Shown here: one piece after another, positions 49,430 through 58,280 of the stretch
Numbering within the stretch: the first letter of the stretch is position 1
How the letters are laid out: the number at the start of each line of letters is the position of its first letter
Source: Candidatus Liptonbacteria bacterium
Lineage (GTDB): Bacteria > Patescibacteriota > Minisyncoccia > UBA6257 > 2-01-FULL-56-20
NCBI GenBank assembly: GCA_016867315.1
Contig: VGJV01000001.1
Coordinates: 34,863 to 98,862 of the forward strand
Reading direction: 5' to 3'
DNA length: 64,000 nucleotides
Notes under the pieces: generated by a model
The model's database searches: none
What the model was told of the DNA's origin: nothing
The model's input: only the letters and a program-made list of their open reading frames with translations
Position numbers and translations under genes: made by a program

Positions 49430-50172
49430 TTATTTCATGAGTCCCAACTGGCGGGCGTACTTAAATGTCCCTTGCGTGAGTTCGTCGAGCTGACGCACCC
49501 TTTTAAGGATCATTTCCGGAGTACCTTCGGCTTGGGTCTGAGCCATAGGATGCCCATACGGTACGGGAACATCCATGACTCTGAGTCCCGCCGCGATACA
49601 AGCAATGACCGGGAAGTGAGTGGGATCCCAGGTATCGGGAGCTCCCAGCGCTTCCGGATTGTAGTCCAGGAAATACGGCAGCGCTCTTGGTCCAATCACC
49701 CGCGGGCCGAAGAACATGTCGAGCCACACTCCCGTAGCAAGTCGATAGGCTTCGTTTCCTGCTTGTTCTGTTAAGGTTTGGACTTCGGGTAGGTGACGAA
49801 TCCCTGCGGCATGCGCGAGGGAACGACAAGGTCTGCCTCGCCCGCGAGCACAGGAGCCGCTGCGGTTTCCACGCAGGTTACAAAGCCCACTTTCTCGGGC
49901 TCAAAAAAGACCACCGGATCGTTTTTTGCAAGCTCTCCAGCAACCTTCATTGCCTGCCGTCGACCTGGTCCCAGTTTTCCGGGCGGGTGAGAAATCTCTT
50001 CCACCACCTGCACATGCTGTAGCTTTTCGAATTTCTCCCGATACCACCCCGGAGAACCTCCATCAACCACTACCATTCGATATCCCAATACACTTGCCCG
50101 TTGCACCATCTCATACGCGAGTTGGGAGCGAATATTATTTTTAGGATCGGGGTAGAAAGTGGTGGTAGCCAA
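49430..50172 (-). pseudogene. frameshifted, GC-rich glycosyltransferase-like gene remnant (two ORFs 49771-50172 and 49430-49729 in different frames)
   Basis: The downstream ORF frame stays open far upstream of its GTG and overlaps the upstream ORF tail; VVVDGGSPG motif; local GC clearly above neighbours. Confidence 0.35.
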
Positions 50173-50265
50173 TTTGCTTTCCTTTCTCTCTCAAGAGCGT
50201 CGCTCTTGAGCGCCCAAACTATACCATATTCATATGGTAAATGCAAGGCTCTCTTAGATTTTTCT

Positions 50266-51264
50266 TTAGAGAGTAGCTCCTACCGCTTTACAGTCTGCTT
50301 CCACCATAATGCGTACGAGTTCCGGAAACTTTGTTGTTGCTTCCCACTTAAGTTTTTCTTTGGCCTTCTTCGTATCTGCAATAAGATCATCTACTTCCGT
50401 GGGACGGAGATAGCGAGGATCAAACTCCACGTACTTTTTCCAGTCTCCTAAGCCTGCTACCTTAAACGCTTCGGCTACAAATTCTTCTACGGAGTGAGAC
50501 TCCCCTGTCCCGATTACATAGTCTTCGGGCTTTTCCTGCTGGAGCATTTGCCACATCGCTTCGCAATATTCTGGCGCATATCCCCAATCTCGTTTCGCCT
50601 CGAGATTTCCCAAATAAAGTTTTTTCTCGAGGCCGGCTTTGATGCGCGCTACGCCGCGAGAAATTTTCCTCGTCACAAACGTTTCGCCTCGGCGGGGCGA
50701 TTCATGATTGAAGAGAATTCCATTCACTGCAAAAAGCCCATACGCCTCCCGATAATTCCGAGTCATGTGATAGGCGAACACCTTCGCGGCCGCATAAGGA
50801 CTCCGAGGATAAAAAGGGGTATTTTCGCTTTGAGGAGGAGGGGTGGCTCCAAACATTTCCGAGCTCGATGCCTGATAAAACCTCACTTTCTTTTTGGTCT
50901 CTTTCTCGTAATCCTTGATGGCTTCGAGTATCCGAAGCGCACCGAGGCCCACAATCTCCGCGGTATACTCCGGAATATCGAAGGATACGCGCACGTGCGA
51001 TTGTGCGCCCAAGTTATAAAATTCATCGGGAGCTACTTCATACAAGAGCTTCCGAACCGTGTTCGCATCCGACAAGTCTCCATAATGCAAAATAAAATTT
51101 TTATGCTCCACGTGCGGATCTTGATAAATATGATCTATCCGCGAGGTATTGAAGGTCGAAGCGCGCCGAATTACCCCGTGTACTTCATACCCTTTCTTTA
51201 ATAAAATTTCGGCCAAGTAACTTCCATCCTGACCCGTGACACCGGTAAGCAATGCTTTTTTCAT
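50266..51264 (-). CDS. gmd: GDP-mannose 4,6-dehydratase
   Basis: [19 protein letters not shown]-terminus, [22 protein letters not shown] motifs. Confidence 0.9.
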   Translation of the reverse strand: MKKALLTGVTGQDGSYLAEILLKKGYEVHGVIRRASTFNTSRIDHIYQDPHVEHKNFILHYGDLSDANTVRKLLYEVAPDEFYNLGAQSHVRVSFDIPEYTAEIVGLGALRILEAIKDYEKETKKKVRFYQASSSEMFGATPPPQSENTPFYPRSPYAAAKVFAYHMTRNYREAYGLFAVNGILFNHESPRRGETFVTRKISRGVARIKAGLEKKLYLGNLEAKRDWGYAPEYCEAMWQMLQQEKPEDYVIGTGESHSVEEFVAEAFKVAGLGDWKKYVEFDPRYLRPTEVDDLIADTKKAKEKLKWEATTKFPELVRIMVEADCKAVGATL

Positions 51265-51381
51265 CCCGTTAGAGACAGGTTCCGCCCGCGGAACCGTAGT
51301 AATAAGGGTTTACTGTAAAAAAACATATTTTTACAAAACATTGTAATGACATGAAATTTGATCTGGTGTCTCTCACGGGAT
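51263..51381. repeat. MITE-like element copy B (inverted relative to copy A): ATCCCGTTAGAGACA + GGTTCCGC-CC-GCGGAACC ... TGTCTCTCACGGGAT
   Basis: Same 15-bp TIR (one mismatch in right TIR) and same 8-bp-arm palindrome as 16594-16715; abuts the gmd start codon. Confidence 0.55.
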
Positions 51382-51392
51382 TCATTACCTCT

Positions 51393-52043
51393 CTACTTCT
51401 TTTTTGTACTCGTCGCAGTCGAGGAAGTTATTACTCCTGCCTCAATGGCTTTTAAGAGCTCTGCTACTCGATTGTCGCTGGGCCATTGCGCATAAATTTG
51501 ATCGGCAAGAAGTTTGGATCGCTCCGCATCTCGCCTGATGAGGTACACGTCTAAAAGCCCATAGAGAAATTGCGGGCGGCGCGGACCCAATTCCAAACCT
51601 TTTAAGAAATACTTCTCTGCTGCGTCCAAGTGTCCCGCTTTCTTCGTATGATTAAAGAGAATCCGCCGCAGCGTGCTTAATATGTACAAATCCTGTTCGA
51701 AGCTCATTCCTTTCTCACGAGCTACGATGGGATTAAAATATTCTTCGACGAAATATACGAGCTCTTCTTCTATTTCTGCGGAGCTGCTTCCCTGACTGAT
51801 GAAACTCGCCACCTCAGAAGCCATATTCCGCACTAATTCTTCCTGTCCGATCGGAGAAGGAATATCAAGCGGCACACGGAATAAATCTTTAAATTCTTCC
51901 AAAGATCGTGCTCCGTTCATTCCCCGCACTGTTCGGATGAACGAGTGAGACTTTTCATAAGGCAAGTAGCTCCCGTAATACGCTATAAACGCAAGAAAAA
52001 GAACAGCGATTATCGATATTACTTTTTTGATAGTACTGCTCAT
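51393..52043 (-). CDS. hypothetical membrane-anchored protein (start placed at MSSTIKK)
   Basis: N-terminal TM helix, no recognisable domain; lies between gmd and Wzy_C-like gene. Confidence 0.45.
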   Translation of the reverse strand: MSSTIKKVISIIAVLFLAFIAYYGSYLPYEKSHSFIRTVRGMNGARSLEEFKDLFRVPLDIPSPIGQEELVRNMASEVASFISQGSSSAEIEEELVYFVEEYFNPIVAREKGMSFEQDLYILSTLRRILFNHTKKAGHLDAAEKYFLKGLELGPRRPQFLYGLLDVYLIRRDAERSKLLADQIYAQWPSDNRVAELLKAIEAGVITSSTATSTKKK

Positions 52044-52044
52044 A

Positions 52045-53433
52045 TTAGTGGGCGTGGGTATGGTTTTCTTCTTTTTTATGATGCATCCACCAAGCCGCAA
52101 AAGCTAAGAACAAGAAAAGGTTTATATAGATGGGCAACACATCAAAGAGCACTAAGCCCTGCACGAGATACCCGACGGGCAATGCAAAAAGGAGTCCCTG
52201 CATTATTGTGGATTCATCCCCATGTCTCACTCGACGGAAAAAGCCTACGAAAAACGTCACAAATATACCTAAGAACGTGAGAACTCCCAAGAGGCCCGTC
52301 TCTGCGAGATAATCGAAGAACAGGCTGTGCGCCCGATCAAACCATGTTTCTGTGGCTTTCCCCGGAGCGAAATGCCGAGGATCGAAATGTTTATCGAATA
52401 CCGCGGGGAAGTTTTCTGGCCCCCAACCAAGAAGAGGTCGTTCTTTGAATCCTTCCCAGGCAGATCCCCAAGTCCATACCCGAGTGGCAAAGCTTTCTAC
52501 GGAACTCACATCATAAAGCCTTCCGGCAAAAGGAATTCTCTTTACCGCATCGGAGTCGTGAAAAAAGAACATCCCCGCATTAAAGAGGAGGATAATGAGC
52601 AACACGATGAGGGAAAAGCGTTTTAACTTTCTCTCTCCTCTTAACGCAGCGTAAAGGAAGAATGTTATGACGGCAGCTCCGAGCCCCAAGAAAGCTCCTC
52701 TGGTTTGCGTAAGTATAAGAAAGACGAAAAAGAAAACTCCTAAGCCGATCCACCATCGGCGCTTTTGGCTTTTTATTGCTAGATAGAAGCAATAAAACAT
52801 GGTGAACATGAGATAGGGCGCCACGTATGCAGGATTACCCAGAGAGCCCTGGAACCTTACTACCGGCGAGAATAGACGACCCAAAAAGGAATCCGCCACA
52901 GGCTGACCCCCAGGACCCGCGTAGGCACTTACCAATCCAAACGGGTTCGTATAGACGCCGTTCGACTGTACTAGTACCGCAGAGCCAATCCCATAAAAAA
53001 CCACAACGAGGGCGGCAGCGATTGCAATTTTGAACACCCGCTCCCAATCTTCCCGCTTCGAAGCAAATAAAGTGAGGAGCATGAATAACCCGTAGTAGTG
53101 GAGCATCTGAAACCCTCCCTCCCCTCTTTCATAGTTAGACCAGAAAGCCCCATGCGGATTGTCTGCAAAAATGGAGGCGAGCAAAAAAGCCGCTACAAAG
53201 AAAGAAACTGCCACTACCAGAGGTCTATTCCAGGCCTCCTTAAATCTCCTCTTTGCTTCTCCGACTGGGGCTTCAAACGCCCACCAGAGGAATGCAAAGG
53301 CTATTCCTAATTCAATAGCGACACGAAACCAGTATGTTTTACCTCCAATAAAAGGGAAAAGCGCCCCCATCAGTACCACAATCACGCAGAAGAGTGAGGC
53401 GTAGGTAAAAAATTTAGAGAGCTTAAGAAGCAT
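52045..53433 (-). CDS. O-antigen ligase / O-antigen polymerase family (Wzy_C domain) membrane protein
   Basis: About 10-12 TM; TQTRGAFLGL and periplasmic-loop RxxxW...AHSLFFDYLAETG pattern typical of WaaL/Wzy_C. Confidence 0.6.
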   Translation of the reverse strand: MLLKLSKFFTYASLFCVIVVLMGALFPFIGGKTYWFRVAIELGIAFAFLWWAFEAPVGEAKRRFKEAWNRPLVVAVSFFVAAFLLASIFADNPHGAFWSNYERGEGGFQMLHYYGLFMLLTLFASKREDWERVFKIAIAAALVVVFYGIGSAVLVQSNGVYTNPFGLVSAYAGPGGQPVADSFLGRLFSPVVRFQGSLGNPAYVAPYLMFTMFYCFYLAIKSQKRRWWIGLGVFFFVFLILTQTRGAFLGLGAAVITFFLYAALRGERKLKRFSLIVLLIILLFNAGMFFFHDSDAVKRIPFAGRLYDVSSVESFATRVWTWGSAWEGFKERPLLGWGPENFPAVFDKHFDPRHFAPGKATETWFDRAHSLFFDYLAETGLLGVLTFLGIFVTFFVGFFRRVRHGDESTIMQGLLFALPVGYLVQGLVLFDVLPIYINLFLFLAFAAWWMHHKKEENHTHAH

Positions 53434-53437
53434 TTCT

Positions 53438-54961
53438 TTATCGAGCGTATTCTACTGCCCGCATTTCTCGAATCACGTTCACTTTAATTTCTCCTGGGTA
53501 TTTTAACTCCGATTGAATTTTATTCGCAATTCCTCGAGCGAGCTCCAAGGCCCGGAAGTCGTCTACCTTTTCGGGAATCACGAACACTCGAAGTTCCCGC
53601 CCCGCAGAAATCGCGTAGGCACTTTTCACGCCTGGGAACTGCATCGCGATCCGCTCCAAGTCTCCTAAGCGCTTGATGTATGCCTCGATCGTGCCTCGGC
53701 GCGCTCCTGGGCGAGCAGCGGAGAGTACATCTGCGGCGGTCACAATGTAGGCCTCAGGGATCGCATATGGATAATCTTCATGATGCGACTGCATGGCTTG
53801 AATCACGCGTTCGTCGATGCTGTATTTTCGCAGAACCTTAATTCCCAAATCCACATGCGTACCTTCGATCTCATGGTCCAGGGCTTTTCCAATGTCATGG
53901 AGTAATGCTCCCCGCTTCGCGATCTCCACATTTAATCCCAATTCTCCCGCCATCATAGTCGAAAGGTGCGCCATTTCGACAGAGTGCGTGAGTACGTTCT
54001 GACCATAACTCGTGCGGAAGTGGAGTCTTCCCAAGAGCTGCACGATTTCCTTCGGTAAATCGAATACGCCTACCTCCTCGGCAGCTTGTCCTCCAATTTC
54101 CTGCATCCGCTTCGCGAGTTCTTGCCGCGCTTCTTCTACTTTCTCTTCAATCTTCGCGGGCTGAATGCGACCGTCCTTAATAAGTTTTTGGAGCGCTAAC
54201 CTGGCCACCTCGCGGCGATACGGGTCGAAGGAAGAAATCACGATCGTATCCGGAGTTTCATCAATCACAAACTCCACCCCGGTCGCGCGTTCGAGGGCGC
54301 GAATGTTTCGACCCTCTCGGCCGATGATTTTTCCTTTGATGTCTTCATCACCCAGCGGAAACGCGCTCGTCGTGAGTTCGGAGACATGCGAACGACTCAT
54401 TCGCTGCAGGGCCACCGTGACGATATCCGTCGCGCGCTTCTCTACCTCTTCCCGATTTTCTTTTTCTACCTTCTGCACCAGTTGTACCAAGTCCGCTTTG
54501 CGTTCCTCGGTTACTTTCCGGAAAAGTTCTTCTTTCGCTTCCGCGGCAGAGAGGCCCGAAGCCTTTTCCAGGCGCACCTCGGCTTCCTTTCTTAATGTTT
54601 CGAGATTAGCCTCTTCTTTCTTCAGATGATCCGCTTTGGATTTTAAGGCCGCCTCATCGTTCCCGAGGGAAGCCAGCTTTTTATCCAAGAGCTCCTCCCG
54701 ACGAATAAGCCTTTGCTCCAAATTCACCACCTCCTGCTTCCGCTCTTTTTCTTCCTTCCTCGCTTCAGAGAGGACGTCCGCCGCTTTGTGTTCGGCTTCA
54801 AGTACTACCTTTTTCGCTTTTTCCTCGGCGGCGCCGAGGATTTCTTTAGTTTTTTCCTCCGCTTTCGCTGCCTGCTGGGTCGCAAAGGCAAGACGCACTA
54901 CATACCCAATGCACGCTCCAACGACAAGCACCCCGACGAGGGGTATCCACGATCCTTCCAT
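53438..54961 (-). CDS. rny: ribonuclease Y
   Basis: N-terminal TM, coiled-coil K/E-rich region, KH domain GKIIGREGRNIRALE, HD domain LLHDIGK. Confidence 0.9.
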   Translation of the reverse strand: MEGSWIPLVGVLVVGACIGYVVRLAFATQQAAKAEEKTKEILGAAEEKAKKVVLEAEHKAADVLSEARKEEKERKQEVVNLEQRLIRREELLDKKLASLGNDEAALKSKADHLKKEEANLETLRKEAEVRLEKASGLSAAEAKEELFRKVTEERKADLVQLVQKVEKENREEVEKRATDIVTVALQRMSRSHVSELTTSAFPLGDEDIKGKIIGREGRNIRALERATGVEFVIDETPDTIVISSFDPYRREVARLALQKLIKDGRIQPAKIEEKVEEARQELAKRMQEIGGQAAEEVGVFDLPKEIVQLLGRLHFRTSYGQNVLTHSVEMAHLSTMMAGELGLNVEIAKRGALLHDIGKALDHEIEGTHVDLGIKVLRKYSIDERVIQAMQSHHEDYPYAIPEAYIVTAADVLSAARPGARRGTIEAYIKRLGDLERIAMQFPGVKSAYAISAGRELRVFVIPEKVDDFRALELARGIANKIQSELKYPGEIKVNVIREMRAVEYAR

Positions 54962-55090
54962 GGTAATAATTTAGTAAATTCTTCATGATTGACTCTTTAG
55001 GAACGAAATACATGATTGGTTCTATTATCACTTAAATAAGGATTTTCGTCAACGAAGAAACTGTGTGCGGTACAATACAAGAATAGACGC

Positions 55091-56620
55091 ATGACGAAGA
55101 CTATTGTGCTCGCAATTTTGGACGGCTGGGGTATCGGCCGGAATGACGAATCGAATCCAATTTATGTGGCGCAGCCGCCCACCCTCACTGCGCTCACCCG
55201 GGAGTTTCCGATCACAAGCCTTCAAGCGTCGGGGATTGCGGTAGGACTTCCCTGGGGAGAAGTCGGGAACAGCGAAGTGGGGCACCTTACGCTCGGAGCA
55301 GGGAAAACGCTCTATCAATATTTCCCCAAGATCACCCTTGCTATCCAAGGAGGAATGTTTTTCGAGAATGAAGCGCTTCGAAGCGCATGTGCGCATGTGC
55401 GCAAAAATAATTCTACACTCCATCTCGCTGGCTTACTTTCGAACGCCAACGTGCATGCCTCGATGGAGCACATACAAGCTCTGCTCGCGCTGGCCGAGCG
55501 GGAAAAAATACCAAAGGTGAAATTGCATATCTGGACGGATGGGAAGGACGGCCCTCCTAAGACGGCCGCGAAGCTACTCGCCGAACTGCCCAAAGAAAAA
55601 ATCGCCTCTATGTGCGGCCGCTACTATGCGATGGACCGAAACCAAAACTGGCAGCTCACGAAGGCAACATACGACTTAATGACGGGTGGGGTAGGAATGC
55701 CCGCCGCGGATCCCCTCTCGGCACTCGAGGCCACCTATCAAAAAGGGCTCACGGAAGAATATCTCCCGCTCCTTCGCATCCAGCCCGAAGGCAAACTTCA
55801 GGACAACGACGCCTTAATCTTCTGGAATTTCCGGGAAGACTCCATGCGCCAACTCGGCGAAGCGTTCCTTAAGCCCGGCTTCAATGCGTTCCCCCGCGCC
55901 TCTCTTCAAAATCTTTATATCGTTACTATGACTCCGTATGCGAAATCCATCCCGGCACCGGCGGCGTTTCTACCGGATATCGTGCAAGAACCTCTTGGAA
56001 AAGTGCTTTCCGATCAGGGGAAAAATCAGCTGCGCGTCGCCGAAACGTATAAATACGCGCACGTTACGTATTTTTTCAACGGCTATATCGAACAACCTTT
56101 TAAAAATGAATACCGGGTGCTCGTCCCTTCCCTTTCGACGGCGAAGCCCGAGGAACATCCCGAGATGCGTGCCTCGGCCATCACCGATCGCGTCATCGAA
56201 GCGCTTTCTAATAACTCTTTCGACTTTATTCTCGTGAATTATGCGAATCCAGATACTATGGCGCATACTGCGCATTATGAAGCCTCGATTGCGGCCGTGC
56301 GCGTGATCGACCAGGAGATCGCGAGAATCGTGAAAGCTCTCCAGAGCGATCAAGTACTTATCCTCACTGGCGACCATGGCAATGTGGAACAGGTTTTGAA
56401 TCCCACTACGGGCATGCTCGAATCACAGCACGATCCGAATCCGGTGCCTTTTCACCTCGTGGGAAGCGCTTTCCGAGGCCGAGCATTTGCGAATGCAAAT
56501 AGACTGGCTACGGAGACCATGGGCACGCTCGCGGATGTAGCGCCCACGATCTTGGAACTTTTCGAAATTCCTAAACCGCCCGAAATGAATGGGACGGGTC
56601 TCCTCGAAGGACTGGTCTAA
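55091..56620 (+). CDS. gpmI: 2,3-bisphosphoglycerate-independent phosphoglycerate mutase
   Basis: ILDGWG, GNSEVGHLTLGAG, TGDHGN motifs; 509 aa. Confidence 0.9.
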   Translation: MTKTIVLAILDGWGIGRNDESNPIYVAQPPTLTALTREFPITSLQASGIAVGLPWGEVGNSEVGHLTLGAGKTLYQYFPKITLAIQGGMFFENEALRSACAHVRKNNSTLHLAGLLSNANVHASMEHIQALLALAEREKIPKVKLHIWTDGKDGPPKTAAKLLAELPKEKIASMCGRYYAMDRNQNWQLTKATYDLMTGGVGMPAADPLSALEATYQKGLTEEYLPLLRIQPEGKLQDNDALIFWNFREDSMRQLGEAFLKPGFNAFPRASLQNLYIVTMTPYAKSIPAPAAFLPDIVQEPLGKVLSDQGKNQLRVAETYKYAHVTYFFNGYIEQPFKNEYRVLVPSLSTAKPEEHPEMRASAITDRVIEALSNNSFDFILVNYANPDTMAHTAHYEASIAAVRVIDQEIARIVKALQSDQVLILTGDHGNVEQVLNPTTGMLESQHDPNPVPFHLVGSAFRGRAFANANRLATETMGTLADVAPTILELFEIPKPPEMNGTGLLEGLV

Positions 56621-56621
56621 C

Positions 56622-57593
56622 TTATGGGCGGGAGGGAGTATTATTCTCCGAACGATTCACTGCGGTTTCGATTTGTTGCCTAACGGATTGGGCCTCATTC
56701 GTCAAAGTTTCTATTCGGTCGGAAAGTACTTCCAGAGGAGAGGCATTATTGGGAGTGAGATCTACAAGATGAAGTGCATAGCGGTAATATCCCTCCCCCA
56801 CCCGCGGCGTAACATCGATCGAGCGATAGGGGCCATCCACCAGGAAAGAGGTGCGGCAATTACCATCTACATTTCTTCCCGCTACTGAAATAGTGGAACA
56901 TGGAACGGGAGTGCTTACTATAGTGTTTGACTCCCTATCGATGGTCAATTTTTCGATGGCGGCTTCCACGACTGCCAGGTGGGGTTTATTTGAAGCGCCA
57001 TTATATAGGAGCCTACTCCGTGAGCGTTCGGTAATAGAGAAATCTTCTATGTAGCCGGGTTTAAAAATTCCCTTAAATGTTCCTATGATGGTGTCTCTGG
57101 GAATATCCGGAGGGGCTTTAATTGCTGTTTCGTTGCCGGCCGGACCGGACGAGTAATAACATGACTCTTTATTTTTTCCGCCTGTTTCCGGACCGCTGCC
57201 GCTCATCATTGCAATGTGGTATGTCTCAGTGGTGATGCATTTGAGATTGTTATGGCGGGGTGATGCAATATTTATTCTTTCTTTGATAAAATCCTCATCA
57301 CCTGATTTCCCAGCAAAAGAGCGTGCCCGGAGGGAATTATGAGGCTTCAGTGTCCAAAGCGATTGAATTGAGTAGTTTTGAGTAAGCGTGAGACAACTCG
57401 TGTCGTTGGTGGGACGCGTTTCTTTTCCGGTAGTCGCGCAACTATAACTACCCGTCTGAGTTTTCGAATAAAAAACCTGATCAATTACTGCTTCTGGTAA
57501 TCCATTCTCGGAGTCGGCGCGCACCGGAGCTGCCCCAGCTGCTGCAATAACGGCGGAGGCGATAGTGACCCCTAAATACCCCATCCATTTCAT
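56622..57593 (-). CDS. hypothetical secreted cysteine-rich protein
   Basis: Signal peptide MKWMGYLGVTIASAVIAAAGAAPVRA; 8 Cys in mature part; no known domain. Confidence 0.5.
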   Translation of the reverse strand: MKWMGYLGVTIASAVIAAAGAAPVRADSENGLPEAVIDQVFYSKTQTGSYSCATTGKETRPTNDTSCLTLTQNYSIQSLWTLKPHNSLRARSFAGKSGDEDFIKERINIASPRHNNLKCITTETYHIAMMSGSGPETGGKNKESCYYSSGPAGNETAIKAPPDIPRDTIIGTFKGIFKPGYIEDFSITERSRSRLLYNGASNKPHLAVVEAAIEKLTIDRESNTIVSTPVPCSTISVAGRNVDGNCRTSFLVDGPYRSIDVTPRVGEGYYRYALHLVDLTPNNASPLEVLSDRIETLTNEAQSVRQQIETAVNRSENNTPSRP

Positions 57594-57665
57594 ATCTCGA
57601 ATTATATCAAACTGGAATCTTCGAGTTGAAGAATTCGAGCTAGTTCTTTATTCTTACTATATTCC

Positions 57666-58031
57666 ATGCGCTGGATCGCTCACTTACTCGTGCTCGCAAT
57701 CGTAAATTTTTTCGCGCTATTCGTAGCCGCGAGTTATATTTCGGGCTTCACGGTAAACGGGGGTGTCCGGGAAGTGCTCCTTATAGCCCTCTTGCTGACT
57801 CTCCTTAACGTACTTTTGAAGCCGGTTCTCACTCTCCTTTTCGGCCCGGTGATCGTACTCACCTTGGGAATCGGACTTATTCTCGTCAATGCACTCGTGC
57901 TCTTTATTCTTGACACACTCTCTAAAAACCTTACGATTGATTCCGTCTTAGCCCTACTCTATGGGACACTTCTCATAGGGATTATTAATTGGATCGCGCA
58001 TTTGGGACTCAAACCTCGCCCAGAAGTGTAA
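57666..58031 (+). CDS. small membrane protein, DUF360/phage-holin-4-like
   Basis: Repeated LxKPxLxLLxxPxxxLTLGxxxxxVNAxxL pattern across 4 TM. Confidence 0.5.
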   Translation: MRWIAHLLVLAIVNFFALFVAASYISGFTVNGGVREVLLIALLLTLLNVLLKPVLTLLFGPVIVLTLGIGLILVNALVLFILDTLSKNLTIDSVLALLYGTLLIGIINWIAHLGLKPRPEV

Positions 58032-58043
58032 TACATCACTTAT

Positions 58044-58259
58044 ATGAAAATTATTTCGCTCATACAGGTTCTTATTTCCTTAGCTATTATTGGCCTTATT
58101 CTTCTTCAAGAACGCTCGGGAGGAATGTCCGGCCTCATGGGCGGCGGGGAGGGGTCGGTCTACCAAACCCGGCGAGGGTTAGAGAAGGGGGCTTTTTACG
58201 CCACTATTGTCCTCTGTGTGCTTTTCGTCGGCCTCGCAGTATATCAGCTTCTTCGGTAA
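58044..58259 (+). CDS. secG: preprotein translocase subunit SecG
   Basis: 71 aa; ILLQ...G.GG..G......RRG..K.....T pattern of SecG. Confidence 0.75.
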   Translation: MKIISLIQVLISLAIIGLILLQERSGGMSGLMGGGEGSVYQTRRGLEKGAFYATIVLCVLFVGLAVYQLLR

Positions 58260-58280
58260 GGGTCGCGCACATTCGAAGGA

